Source: an uncultured Candidatus Hydrogenedens sp. (GTDB lineage Bacteria; Myxococcota; UBA4151). Taken from it: a stretch of 58,287 nt of DNA. The position numbers and the translations under genes were made by a program. Shown here in pieces: positions 1-8,766 of this stretch. Position 1 is the stretch's first letter, and each line of letters starts with the position of its first letter. The stretch is taken from positions 1 to 58,287 of the forward strand of contig CACGMS010000003.1 of NCBI GenBank assembly GCA_902574205.1, written 5' to 3'. Below the pieces are notes generated by a model. The model searched no databases, was not told the origin of the DNA, and saw nothing but the letters and a program-made list of their open reading frames with translations.

Positions 1-2
1 GT

Positions 3-233
3 CAAACTGAGCGAGATGTCTACGTGCGGTTTGATACACCTAGACAGGCACGATCATATTTTCCAGAGCGTATGGAATGGGTCGAAGCTTATGGGTTGCG
101 CGTGGTGACACCTTTGCCGTTGATGCACAAAATACCGCTTGTTCGAGATGCGCTTCAAAGCCTTGAACATGGCCTGGCAAAGCCGTTGGCCCCTCTGGGT
201 TCATTTTACGATCTTGTGCTGCGTAAACTGTAA
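3..233 (+). CDS. C-terminal fragment of a probable class I SAM-dependent methyltransferase (5'-truncated by the window edge)
   Basis: Frame is open from the window start (QTERDVYVRFDTPRQARSYFP...GLRVVTP...GSFYDLVLRKL). The ending resembles myxobacterial methyltransferase C-termini as I recall them; the SAM-binding motif is outside the window. Confidence 0.45.
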   Translation, partial: QTERDVYVRFDTPRQARSYFPERMEWVEAYGLRVVTPLPLMHKIPLVRDALQSLEHGLAKPLAPLGSFYDLVLRKL

Positions 234-293
234 AAGATTTGCTGGCCAATGACTGGGCCGATATGTCGGGCGCTGTTAGGGAGTGCTTCTCAT

Positions 294-593
294 ATGGCTC
301 GTCGTTCACCGCAGCTGCGCTTGATTTCGTTACCGCAGGATACGGTGCCTCCGTACGATCTGGATGTGGAAGTCGACCGGGTTCATGATCTCGCGAGCTT
401 TAATCGCTTCGTGCGTGAGCTTCGACGCGACTACCATGATGCAGAAGAAGAGTGGTCAAATGACGACTTAGAACAGTTCTTGAGTGGACTGAGCGGTGCC
501 TGCGATGATTTGCAAGCGTTCCGCGGGCGTTCGCAATCAGGGGCATGGCGAGTCTTTGCTCGATTGTTGCTCGCTGCGACGGTGCGCGAATAG
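294..593 (+). CDS. Small helical hypothetical protein, resembling DUF7660-type immunity-like proteins
   Basis: AGGGAG lies ~10 nt before ATG294. Motifs F.RFV.EL..D...EW.N.DL.QFL and W..FA.LLLAA...E match this family as recalled. Confidence 0.55.
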   Translation: MARRSPQLRLISLPQDTVPPYDLDVEVDRVHDLASFNRFVRELRRDYHDAEEEWSNDDLEQFLSGLSGACDDLQAFRGRSQSGAWRVFARLLLAATVRE

Positions 594-629
594 GTCTATT
601 GAACGGCGTACATGTGCACCCGTTCTAAG

Positions 630-1346
630 CTATAAAGGAAGAACTTCAACGCCCGGCGGTGGTTGGAGCGTAAACAGCTGAGCGTCTGGCGGTGCGCCGC
701 TCGCATCGAATTCACTCAGTCTAAGGCGAACTTCATCGCTTTTCGACTTGATCAAAATATCGCGAAAGATCCCTGCCTTTGTTGGGTCTTTGAGGGTGAG
801 GTGAAGTTGCTCGTCGGGTAAGCTCCAAGTCCAGTGATTGGGTCCGTATCGGGTGACGATAATCGTACCTAGCGTGGAATGAGTCCCCGTGAGTTGTTGG
901 GCATCGCCTTTGGTTTGATAGCTTGTGGCATCGCTGGGCATGGGTAGCTGCCCGCGCAACAGGCTCACGGCGATTTCTGGTTCGACAGGAAGTGGGAGTA
1001 GACGCGCCATGCTTATTGGGTTCGCTTGACCTGAGTAGAAGCGTGGCCCCTCGAGCTCAAGCAGTGAGATCGTTCGACCATTACACGCAAAGGTTGAGAC
1101 CGGGTTGCCGCCCGGTCCTCGTACTTCCAGTAAGATCTTATCGGGTACCGAAATGATGAGTCCTAATTCACCTTTGAGCCTGCCTTGACCGCCAAAATAG
1201 GTCGCATTCATGCTTGCGAAGTAGAATTGAGGCGCATCGAGTGATCCGCTTTGCAAGCTGCCCTTTGCAGGCGCTTTACCGGCTTTCCAAGTCGAACACC
1301 CGATCGTTCCAACCAGACCAAGGATGATGATCATTGTACTTTTCAT
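630..1346 (-). CDS. Lipoprotein, DUF4292/LolB-like outer-membrane lipoprotein
   Basis: GGAG RBS and ATGA overlap at 1343-1346; signal MKSTMIIILGLVGTIG-C (lipobox); core PDKILLEVRGPGG...RFYSG.A.P..MARLLPLP is typical of this family. Confidence 0.65.
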   Translation of the reverse strand: MKSTMIIILGLVGTIGCSTWKAGKAPAKGSLQSGSLDAPQFYFASMNATYFGGQGRLKGELGLIISVPDKILLEVRGPGGNPVSTFACNGRTISLLELEGPRFYSGQANPISMARLLPLPVEPEIAVSLLRGQLPMPSDATSYQTKGDAQQLTGTHSTLGTIIVTRYGPNHWTWSLPDEQLHLTLKDPTKAGIFRDILIKSKSDEVRLRLSEFDASGAPPDAQLFTLQPPPGVEVLPL

Positions 1347-1612
1347 CGTCGCTCCAAAAAGGTCTTCCATGCGGCCTGAAGATACTCGTCTTTACGCGCT
1401 TGATCAGCGGCCAGGCTGAGCTCGCGTTCTGCTCGTTTGTGATCTCCAATTTGAGCAGCAAAGCGAGCACGGGCTAGTCGAATCAAAGGCGCTGTGGAAA
1501 AGACGCTCACGGGAGCTCTTTGCTTCAAAACTGGAACAAAAGAGACCTGTTTGGGCGTGGTGCAAGCCCCGACCAAACCTACAAGAATGCCGAGGATATA
1601 GAACTTCTTCAG
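1343..1612 (-). CDS. Small lipoprotein with a TPR-like helix pair, probable CTG start
   Basis: Extending ORF 1343..1576 upstream gives LKKFYILGILVGLVGA-C, a complete signal and lipobox. It begins at CTG1612, which overlaps the dxs stop (CTGA), and its stop overlaps the next ATG. Confidence 0.55.
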   Translation of the reverse strand: MKKFYILGILVGLVGACTTPKQVSFVPVLKQRAPVSVFSTAPLIRLARARFAAQIGDHKRAERELSLAADQARKDEYLQAAWKTFLERR

Positions 1613-3531
1613 TGGGATATCTCGTCGTTTCGACGTTGTCGTTTATGGTCTGCGGGTATGAGTTTTCGTGCAGCCTTGATAATCCCCTGCGCATCAAGGC
1701 CTTCGGCGGCGTATTGCTCAGCGACGCTTCCATGTTCAATGAATCGATCGGGTAGTCCAAGACGAATAACCGGCGAGCGCATCTGGTGCGCGTTGAGCAA
1801 TTCAAGAACTGCAGCCCCAAAGCCGCCTGCCAAGACGCCTTCTTCTAACGTGATGAAGGCCATGTCGGTCACGCTTGCCAGGTCGAGAATTGCTTCTTCA
1901 TCAAGAGGCTTAATAAAGCGCATATCGAGAACATTGACCGCAACCCCTTGGGCAGCAAGTTGTTCTGCTGCGATTTCTGCCTGAGCGACCATGGGTCCGA
2001 GCGCAAGAATACTGATGGTCGCATCATCGCTTGCTTTCAGCCAGCGGGCTTTGCCTAAAGGCCAAGGACTTGGGTTCGAGTCGATGGCAACTCCGGTGCC
2101 TGTTCCTCGGGGAAAACGAAAGGCGGTTGGTCCAGGTTGGCTAAGCGCTGTGGCGAGCGCTCCACCAAGTTCATTTTCGTCACTTGGCGCCATGCAAATC
2201 ATATTGGGGATCATGCGCAGATAAGTGATATCAAAGACGCCTTGATGCGTCGCTCCGTCCGCTCCCACGAGCCCTGCTCGATCCATCGCAAAGGTGACAG
2301 GCAGTCGCTGGAGCGCAACGTCATGAATGATTGAATCAATGGCGCGTTGCAGAAAGGTCGAATAGATCCCGCAAACAGGCCGAGCACCAGCCGCAGCTAA
2401 TCCCGCTGCGAAGGTCACGCCGTGCCCTTCGGCAATGCCGACATCATAGAATCGGTCAGGAAAGACTTGACCAAATTTACCGAGGGACGTGCCGTCAGGC
2501 ATCGCTGCGGTGATTGCCACAATTCGTGGGTCGCGTTCGGCTTCCGATATGAGCGCCTTAGCGAAGACGTCCTGATACTTGGGCAAGCCTGTTTTCGAGG
2601 GCGCATTGACGGGATCACCGTTCTCGTCCCGTTTGAAGGCGCTGACCCCATGCATGCACAGACGATCGCGTTCGGCTGGTGCATACCCTTTACCTTTGGT
2701 GGTCATCACGTGAATCAAAACCGGCTCGTCGAGTTGTCGAACACGATGGAAAATCTCCTCCATCGCAGCAATGTCGTGACCATCAACGGGTCCGAGGTAG
2801 GCAAACCCCAAGCCCTCAAACAGGATGCCTGGGGTGAGCATCGCTTTGGTGCTCTCCATCGTATGCTTGAGCAGCGATTTGATTCGATCGCCTTGCGGGA
2901 TGTTCGACAAGACGCCCTTGATCCCCTCTTTGACGCCTAGGTAGGTGTCACCAATGGTTAGCTTGCGGCTCAACCAACTGCTCATGGCGCCCACGTTAGG
3001 AGCGATGCTCATGTCGTTATCGTTGAGAACGACGATCAGTCCTGAGTCAAGGTTACCGGCATTAAACAACGCTTCGAAAGCCAGTCCGCCAGTCATAGCA
3101 CCGTCACCGATGACCGCAACGGCTCGACCGTCATGACCGGTGAGACGGTTACCTTCCAAAATGCCCAGAGCCGCTGAAATCGATGTCGATGCGTGACCCG
3201 CACCGAAGTGGTCGTGTTCGGACTCTTCACGATTGAGAAAGCCTGACGCGCCATCCGCTTGCCTCAGGCCCTGAAACAAGTCGCGCCGCCCCGTGAACAG
3301 CTTGTGGGCGTAGGCTTGGTGACCCACATCAAAGACGAGTGCATCGTTCGGACTTTCGAAGACTCGATGCAATGCGATGCACAGCTCGACGGTGCCTAGC
3401 GACGCGCCAAGATGTCCGCCATTGTGGGCACAGACTTCGATGATTTCATCGCGAACGGCTTGCGCTAGAGCGTCAAGCGCCTGAGCCGGCAGCGCCCGAA
3501 CGTCTTTCGGTGATTTGATCTGCTCGAGCAT
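1609..3531 (-). CDS. dxs: 1-deoxy-D-xylulose-5-phosphate synthase
   Basis: GGHLGASLG, DVGHQAY, GAGHASTS, TPP motif GDGAMTGG...NDN, IAEGH, DRAGLVGADG. Confidence 0.98.
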   Translation of the reverse strand: MLEQIKSPKDVRALPAQALDALAQAVRDEIIEVCAHNGGHLGASLGTVELCIALHRVFESPNDALVFDVGHQAYAHKLFTGRRDLFQGLRQADGASGFLNREESEHDHFGAGHASTSISAALGILEGNRLTGHDGRAVAVIGDGAMTGGLAFEALFNAGNLDSGLIVVLNDNDMSIAPNVGAMSSWLSRKLTIGDTYLGVKEGIKGVLSNIPQGDRIKSLLKHTMESTKAMLTPGILFEGLGFAYLGPVDGHDIAAMEEIFHRVRQLDEPVLIHVMTTKGKGYAPAERDRLCMHGVSAFKRDENGDPVNAPSKTGLPKYQDVFAKALISEAERDPRIVAITAAMPDGTSLGKFGQVFPDRFYDVGIAEGHGVTFAAGLAAAGARPVCGIYSTFLQRAIDSIIHDVALQRLPVTFAMDRAGLVGADGATHQGVFDITYLRMIPNMICMAPSDENELGGALATALSQPGPTAFRFPRGTGTGVAIDSNPSPWPLGKARWLKASDDATISILALGPMVAQAEIAAEQLAAQGVAVNVLDMRFIKPLDEEAILDLASVTDMAFITLEEGVLAGGFGAAVLELLNAHQMRSPVIRLGLPDRFIEHGSVAEQYAAEGLDAQGIIKAARKLIPADHKRQRRNDEISH

Positions 3532-3533
3532 GA

Positions 3534-3755
3534 TCAGCTTCCCTCAATCTCGACGTCTTGTCGGCTACCATCAGCGAGTAGCTTCTCCATACGTCCCTCT
3601 AAACCGGTTAGCCTGTCTTGCGCTTGTCGCAAGACCTTGTGCCCTTGTTCATACAGGTCAAGCGCCTGTTCTAATCCCAAAGGTTCATTTTCTAGCCGTC
3701 CGACCGTCGATTCAAGTTGCCGAACTAAATCTTCATATGCGGTAGGCTCAGACAT
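3534..3755 (-). CDS. xseB: Exodeoxyribonuclease VII small subunit
   Basis: YEDLVRQLESTV.RLE...LGLEQAL.LYEQG; directly follows xseA; start placed 6 nt after GAAGGAG. Confidence 0.92.
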   Translation of the reverse strand: MSEPTAYEDLVRQLESTVGRLENEPLGLEQALDLYEQGHKVLRQAQDRLTGLEGRMEKLLADGSRQDVEIEGS

Positions 3756-5121
3756 CTTCATCTCCTTCAATTCGTGCTTGGCGTTGACCATCGGCAAAGT
3801 GTAACTGAACGCTTTGTCCGCTAGTCGTGTCCTGCACGGAGGTCAGTGGTTTACCCGTTTCATCGACAATAAATGTGTAACCACGCTCAAGTACCGCTTT
3901 AGGTGAAGCAGCCTCAAGCCGCTGATGAAGCGTCTTGAGTTGTTCGGTTGCTCGGTCGAGTCGTTGAACACTTGCTCGCCCTAAGCGGTCGCACATTAGT
4001 TCCCATTGGCCACGAGCAGACGCAAGGCCTGTATGGGGCGACATTTGACCGAGGCGTTGGGCAAGTGCACTCAGCTCGTGTTGGCGAACACGCAGGCGTC
4101 GAGCCGGATGCGCTCGGGTCAGGCGTTCTAAACGAGCGCTCAGTAATCGTCGAGCATCGCTCAGCCGATTCGTGATCGCTCCACCAAGCCGATGTCGATT
4201 AAGATCTAGGCGCTGGTTTTGCGAATTAAGTTGTTGATACACGGGGCGCTTTAGACGCTCACCAAGCCCATCCAGATGAGCGATGTAGGCGCCAAGGTCC
4301 GGGAAGACACATTCAGCAGCATGAGTCGGGGTATGAGCCACCATATCAGCAGCACGCTCACAAATTGGATGGTCCGGCTCGTGACCGATCCCAACGACGA
4401 CTGGCGTCTGAGCAGCGGCGATTGCGCGGACCAGAACTTCTTCGGAGAACGGTAAGAGATCAGTCGAGGCGCCACCGCCACGGACAATAGCGATCACATC
4501 GCAAAGTCCACTTTGATCCAATCGCTCGAGCGCTGCTGCACAGTCCTCAGCAGCTGTTGCTCCTTGTACTGCGGCTTCTGCAAAGAGCACTGCGACACCC
4601 GGAGCTCGCAGGGCGCGTGAGCGAAGGAAATCACGCAAACCGTCGGCTTGCGATGAGCTGACCACGCCCACGCGTTTGGGTAGAGTGGGTAGGGACTTTT
4701 TGAGCGCTGAATCAAATAGACCCTCCTGAGCGAGTCGCTCTTCAAGCGCTTTGAGCGCAAGAGCTTGGAGCCCCTCACCTGCGGGAAACATGGCGTAGGC
4801 TTCAAAGCTAGCGCTGCCGCTTTTTTTGTAGACCTGTGCTCGTCCATTGACGAGCACTTGATCCCCAGCGCTTGGTTGCCATGCGAGCGTTCGCAGGCGG
4901 TCTTTCCACAACACACAGCGCATGGAGCATTTGCCATCACTCAGGACAAAATAAGCATGTCCAGAGCGAGCAACCGTCCATTCGCTCAGTTCGCCCATCA
5001 CCTGAACAGGGCCCAGTTGTCTTAGCGCTTGGTCCCAGCACGACACCACTTCAGACACCGAAATGGCTGCCTGCGGCTTTGTGTCTTGAGGACTAGGCGT
5101 TGCGAGCGGATGATGTTTCAT
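3748..5121 (-). CDS. xseA: Exodeoxyribonuclease VII large subunit
   Basis: N-terminal OB fold (GELS...SGHAYF.L.D), VIAIVRGGG, VVVGIGHE.D...D..A.TPT.AAE, C-terminal SP..VLERGY. Confidence 0.96.
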   Translation of the reverse strand: MKHHPLATPSPQDTKPQAAISVSEVVSCWDQALRQLGPVQVMGELSEWTVARSGHAYFVLSDGKCSMRCVLWKDRLRTLAWQPSAGDQVLVNGRAQVYKKSGSASFEAYAMFPAGEGLQALALKALEERLAQEGLFDSALKKSLPTLPKRVGVVSSSQADGLRDFLRSRALRAPGVAVLFAEAAVQGATAAEDCAAALERLDQSGLCDVIAIVRGGGASTDLLPFSEEVLVRAIAAAQTPVVVGIGHEPDHPICERAADMVAHTPTHAAECVFPDLGAYIAHLDGLGERLKRPVYQQLNSQNQRLDLNRHRLGGAITNRLSDARRLLSARLERLTRAHPARRLRVRQHELSALAQRLGQMSPHTGLASARGQWELMCDRLGRASVQRLDRATEQLKTLHQRLEAASPKAVLERGYTFIVDETGKPLTSVQDTTSGQSVQLHFADGQRQARIEGDEDV

Positions 5122-6071
5122 GAGCCCAGCGCAGGCGCATGGCGTGGTCGCCGGTCTAAACGAGCACCATCAAGCATTCTGAGGCAAAGGTCTGTAAACG
5201 ACAGCCCCGCTAGGCTTGCACATTTGGGGAGTAGGCTCGTCGACGTCATACCCGGGAGTGTATTGACCTCAAGGATCTTGATTTGGTCCTCGTAGACTAA
5301 GAAGTCGACACGGCATCCCCCCCGGCAAGAGAGCGCGTTCACTGCATTCTCAGCGAGTCGATGAAGCCGTTCAAGAGTCGCTTTCGATGCACGAGCGGGC
5401 GTATGGTAGCGACTTGCTCCCGCCGTGTATTTGTTTTTGAAGTCATAAAATCCGGTTAGTGGCTCGATTTCGGTCGAACCTAATGCCCTCCCTTCAAGAA
5501 CACCGACGGTCATTTCAACGCCGACTACGCGCTCTTCTACAAGGACTTGTTGGGTGACCGAGCGCAGTCGAGCCAGAGCTGCGCGTCGGTCATCTCCTGA
5601 CTCAAGTAATTCAATACCTACACTCGACCCACCCTCATTCGGTTTCATACACACTGCTTGATCACCGAATTCATTGTGAATCATCTCAACCGCGTTCGAA
5701 TCGCCCGTCGAGACGCAGATGCCTTTGGGGACGGGTAGTCCGGCCAAGCCTAAGATGCGATTCGCGACGTCTTTATTCATGGCAAGAGCGCTGGCAAGGA
5801 CGCCGCTGCCCACGTAGGGAATGCCCATCCATTCAAGCATACCCTGTAAGCAGCCATCCTCGCCATAGACACCGTGGGTGACCAGAAAAGCGACATCGAT
5901 TTTCGCTTGTGCAATCGTTTGCCATGGTGCGTCGTCGGTGAGTTCGACGAGATGCGCATCCAGCCCAGCGTCTTTGAGTGCTTTGAGAACTCCTAAACCA
6001 CTTGCTTTCGATACTTTTGCTTCTTCGCTCAGGCCGCCCGCTAAAACGCCTATACGTCGCTCACGCCACAT
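5118..6071 (-). CDS. ddl: D-alanine--D-alanine ligase
   Basis: GGLSEE..VS, HGVYGEDG.LQG.LE, KP.EGGSSVG, omega loop FYDFKNKY, EVNTLPGMT; start placed after AGGAG. Confidence 0.95.
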   Translation of the reverse strand: MWRERRIGVLAGGLSEEAKVSKASGLGVLKALKDAGLDAHLVELTDDAPWQTIAQAKIDVAFLVTHGVYGEDGCLQGMLEWMGIPYVGSGVLASALAMNKDVANRILGLAGLPVPKGICVSTGDSNAVEMIHNEFGDQAVCMKPNEGGSSVGIELLESGDDRRAALARLRSVTQQVLVEERVVGVEMTVGVLEGRALGSTEIEPLTGFYDFKNKYTAGASRYHTPARASKATLERLHRLAENAVNALSCRGGCRVDFLVYEDQIKILEVNTLPGMTSTSLLPKCASLAGLSFTDLCLRMLDGARLDRRPRHAPALGS

Positions 6072-6144
6072 GTTCATCTCCTGCCCCGCAGGGGCAGATA
6101 GAACTCGCACCCGTCATGGTCAAAGTGAAAATGCGAAATACAGC

Positions 6145-7863
6145 TTAATCGAGTCCGAGCATGCGACGGACTTGCGGCGCTTCATCCGAGTTGGGCGCTA
6201 AGCGGAGATATTCCATGTAATGTTTGCGAGCGTTTTCCGTATCTTGCAAGCTTGCGTAGGTGATACCCAAGCCTCGATGGATCTGGGCATTTCTCGGCGC
6301 TTTTCTGACGGCTTTGAGCAGCAAAGGTAGTGCAGCTTTGGGTTGGTTTTCAATTAAACGTTGGTTTGCTCGTGCAAGCAGTTGCCGTGCACTAAGATTG
6401 GTATTGCTTGATGCGGATTTTGCCGATTTTTTTCCTCGATTTGCGCTGGAGTTTGAGCTTCGACGCGGCGTATCCTTTGAGGTTGCTTCGGCGAGTCGGT
6501 CTCGTAGTTGCCGCACCTCGCGGCGGTCGGGCGCATAGATTTCGGCGTTGCCTAAGTGCCCTGCAGCTTTCGTGTACAGGTTTCGATCCAAGGCAGCCGC
6601 TGCGAGATCAAGCTCGAGCTGAACAAAAGAATTCCGTACCTCTTCGCGATGACGCTCTGCTTCTTCAAAGTAAACTGAGTTTTTAGGAATAGCTTGAAGG
6701 TCTTCCAGCGCCTCGGACCAGTTCTTCGCTGAAATTTTAGCTAAGGCCTTTTCAAGGCTTTCTTTATAGCGACGTTCATTGGTCAAGACAGCTTTGAGTG
6801 AACTTAGCTCGCGGCTTGGTACCTCTTTAGGTGCCTTGAGTAAGTGCTGGAGCGCTTCGCTCCAGCGTTGGTTTTGGCGTAATCGGTTCATGGTTTCGTG
6901 CCATGACTTTTGGTCGTCAAGAGCATTGGCGATTGACTGGTCGCTTTGGGACCGACCATTGAGCGCCCACCAGGCACCTGCAGCGAGCGCGGTGATAAAG
7001 ATCACCAGCAAAGCTGTCGGCATCAGGTTACCGACTGGTCGCCTTTGTTTGCTGAGTAGATCAGCGAACTCTGGGATCTGACCCGGGGCAAAGAAGCGTA
7101 ACTGGATATGACCCATATCGATGCGATCGCCGGGCTGGAGTCGCGTGTTCGCATAGTTTTCACCATTGACCTGAATTCCGTTCGCCGAACCCACATCTTT
7201 GATAATAAACTGGTTATCTTGAAACTCGATGGTCGCATGATGCCGGCTGATCGACCGATGCTCGACTCGTACCTCGCATTCAGCACCACGACCGAGTCTA
7301 CAGGGGGAGCGATCAATCGTATATTCTGTGCCCGCGAGCTGGGCGGAGACCACAACCAGCCGAGCAGGCGGTCCGTTGAGAAGTCCCTCGAAGCTCTCTT
7401 GTCTGAGCTGGCTGCCAAGACCTGCTCGCAGGTTGATCACCGCTGTTGGGTCCTGGTCTTCATCGTCGTCGATAATCGGCGCTGCGCGTGCCATCAATGG
7501 TGCAGCAGAACCTGGGATTGTATTGTCAATTTGAGTGACTTGGGAATCGTCCGGCTCGACCGCATGAACGCCTTCGCCCAGGATCCGGAGTTCGTAGTCT
7601 CCGATACTGACCACATCGCCGAGTATAAGAGGGCTCGTCCCCTCAAGTGGTTTGCCGTTGATTTGCGTACCGGTGTAGCTTGCCAAGTCTTCTAAGCGAA
7701 GTTTGTCTTCACTTGAATAAAGGACCGCGTGTTGTCTTGATACATTACGATCAGTCAAACGAATCACGTTGCCGTCTTGACGGCCTATGGTAATTTCGGA
7801 GCGTGTGACTGGGATAACGGAGCGGTTTCCCTCGTCGTCCTCAATCTCAACCTGAAAGACCAA
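6145..7863 (-). CDS. Tandem FHA domain - transmembrane - TPR protein
   Basis: FHA1 IGRQ...VSRQHA...SYTG; FHA2 LGRG...ISRHHA...GSANG; TM LMPTALLVIFITALAAGAWWAL; C-terminal TPRs (AQIHRGLGITYASL..A..HY.EYLRLAP). Confidence 0.85.
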   Translation of the reverse strand: MVFQVEIEDDEGNRSVIPVTRSEITIGRQDGNVIRLTDRNVSRQHAVLYSSEDKLRLEDLASYTGTQINGKPLEGTSPLILGDVVSIGDYELRILGEGVHAVEPDDSQVTQIDNTIPGSAAPLMARAAPIIDDDEDQDPTAVINLRAGLGSQLRQESFEGLLNGPPARLVVVSAQLAGTEYTIDRSPCRLGRGAECEVRVEHRSISRHHATIEFQDNQFIIKDVGSANGIQVNGENYANTRLQPGDRIDMGHIQLRFFAPGQIPEFADLLSKQRRPVGNLMPTALLVIFITALAAGAWWALNGRSQSDQSIANALDDQKSWHETMNRLRQNQRWSEALQHLLKAPKEVPSRELSSLKAVLTNERRYKESLEKALAKISAKNWSEALEDLQAIPKNSVYFEEAERHREEVRNSFVQLELDLAAAALDRNLYTKAAGHLGNAEIYAPDRREVRQLRDRLAEATSKDTPRRSSNSSANRGKKSAKSASSNTNLSARQLLARANQRLIENQPKAALPLLLKAVRKAPRNAQIHRGLGITYASLQDTENARKHYMEYLRLAPNSDEAPQVRRMLGLD

Positions 7864-7965
7864 TTGCCTCTTCCTGTACCCTTACTAAGGGGTTCACTCG
7901 TGGATATGCTAAGCGCGTATGCCCCTTTGACACAATCTTTACGAACGCAATGATCAAACGAATCT

Positions 7966-8766
7966 TTACTTTACCGGTTGGTCGCAGCCTGATGTCGTCC
8001 ATCGGCGGCCCGCCTGTTCACAAACAAATTCGCTCGGTGACGCCGGTAATGCTTGATCTGGTTGCACACCTTTTTCTTCAATAATTGCGCCGCTTGGTAG
8101 CTGCAGGGCTCCTGTGGTGATGAGAACGATTTCACCTGTGCTGAGATAAACTGCCGTTTGTACCGTGGTCTTACCCATGGTTCGCTCGCCGAGTACCTTT
8201 GCGTTAGCCGAGCGCTGCAATGCAGCCGCGATGAGTTCTGCCGCACTCGCAGTCCTTTGATTGACTAAGATCGATAGGCTGGCGTGCCGGACCGTGCGCT
8301 CGCCCGCACGGTGCCGAATGGCCTCGCCGCTTCGACGCTGTTCGAGAAGGAGGTCCTCATTAGCGACAAACAAATCGGCTAGACCGAGTGCATCACTCAC
8401 TTGACCGCCAGGGTTGTCACGAAGGTCAATGAGTACGGGCAAACCCTTATCAAGCCCTGGGCAAGCTTTGAGCCAACCTTGGCCGTCGCCGTTGAACCTC
8501 TTGATGGTCAGCCGAAGGATGCCGCGATCGATGAGACAGACGAACGACTGACCCTTTGACTGAGTTTTCGGTCCATCAATTCGACGACTCCAAGGGTCGA
8601 GACCTTCAAGCATGCCATCAATTGCCCGCCTGGCGACTTCTCTGGGTTCATCGCCTTGAAGATGGTCCTTGAGAATACTTGCAAAGACGCGCGCAACATC
8701 GCTCACTGAATCATAAGCCTGGGGCATGGCGCCCGCGTTGGAGAGCAAAAGGAGCAGCCTAATCAA
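7966..8766 (-). CDS. S41 family carboxy-terminal processing protease lacking a PDZ domain
   Basis: AIDGML.GLDP.S, IDLRDNPGG, catalytic TASAAE (Ser) and GERTMGK (Lys); lies in the usual ftsEX-envC-ctpA position. Confidence 0.85.
   Translation of the reverse strand: MIRLLLLLSNAGAMPQAYDSVSDVARVFASILKDHLQGDEPREVARRAIDGMLEGLDPWSRRIDGPKTQSKGQSFVCLIDRGILRLTIKRFNGDGQGWLKACPGLDKGLPVLIDLRDNPGGQVSDALGLADLFVANEDLLLEQRRSGEAIRHRAGERTVRHASLSILVNQRTASAAELIAAALQRSANAKVLGERTMGKTTVQTAVYLSTGEIVLITTGALQLPSGAIIEEKGVQPDQALPASPSEFVCEQAGRRWTTSGCDQPVK

Noticed and set aside
601-625. GAACGG...CCGTTC hairpin between convergent genes as a terminator
   Set aside because: Imperfect stem and no U-tract on either strand.
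1404-1820. 138-aa ORF overlapping the dxs 3' end
   Set aside because: It is out of frame within dxs; the lipobox-bearing CTG frame explains the gap better.
5118-6071. Ddl as a D-Ala-D-Lac (glycopeptide resistance) ligase
   Set aside because: The omega loop keeps the KY tyrosine typical of D-Ala-D-Ala ligases; no van genes nearby.
6145-7863. FHA protein as the SctD of the type III module
   Set aside because: It has periplasmic TPRs rather than ring-building motifs and is separated from the module by the ftsEX operon; a general myxobacterial FHA-TPR architecture is more likely.
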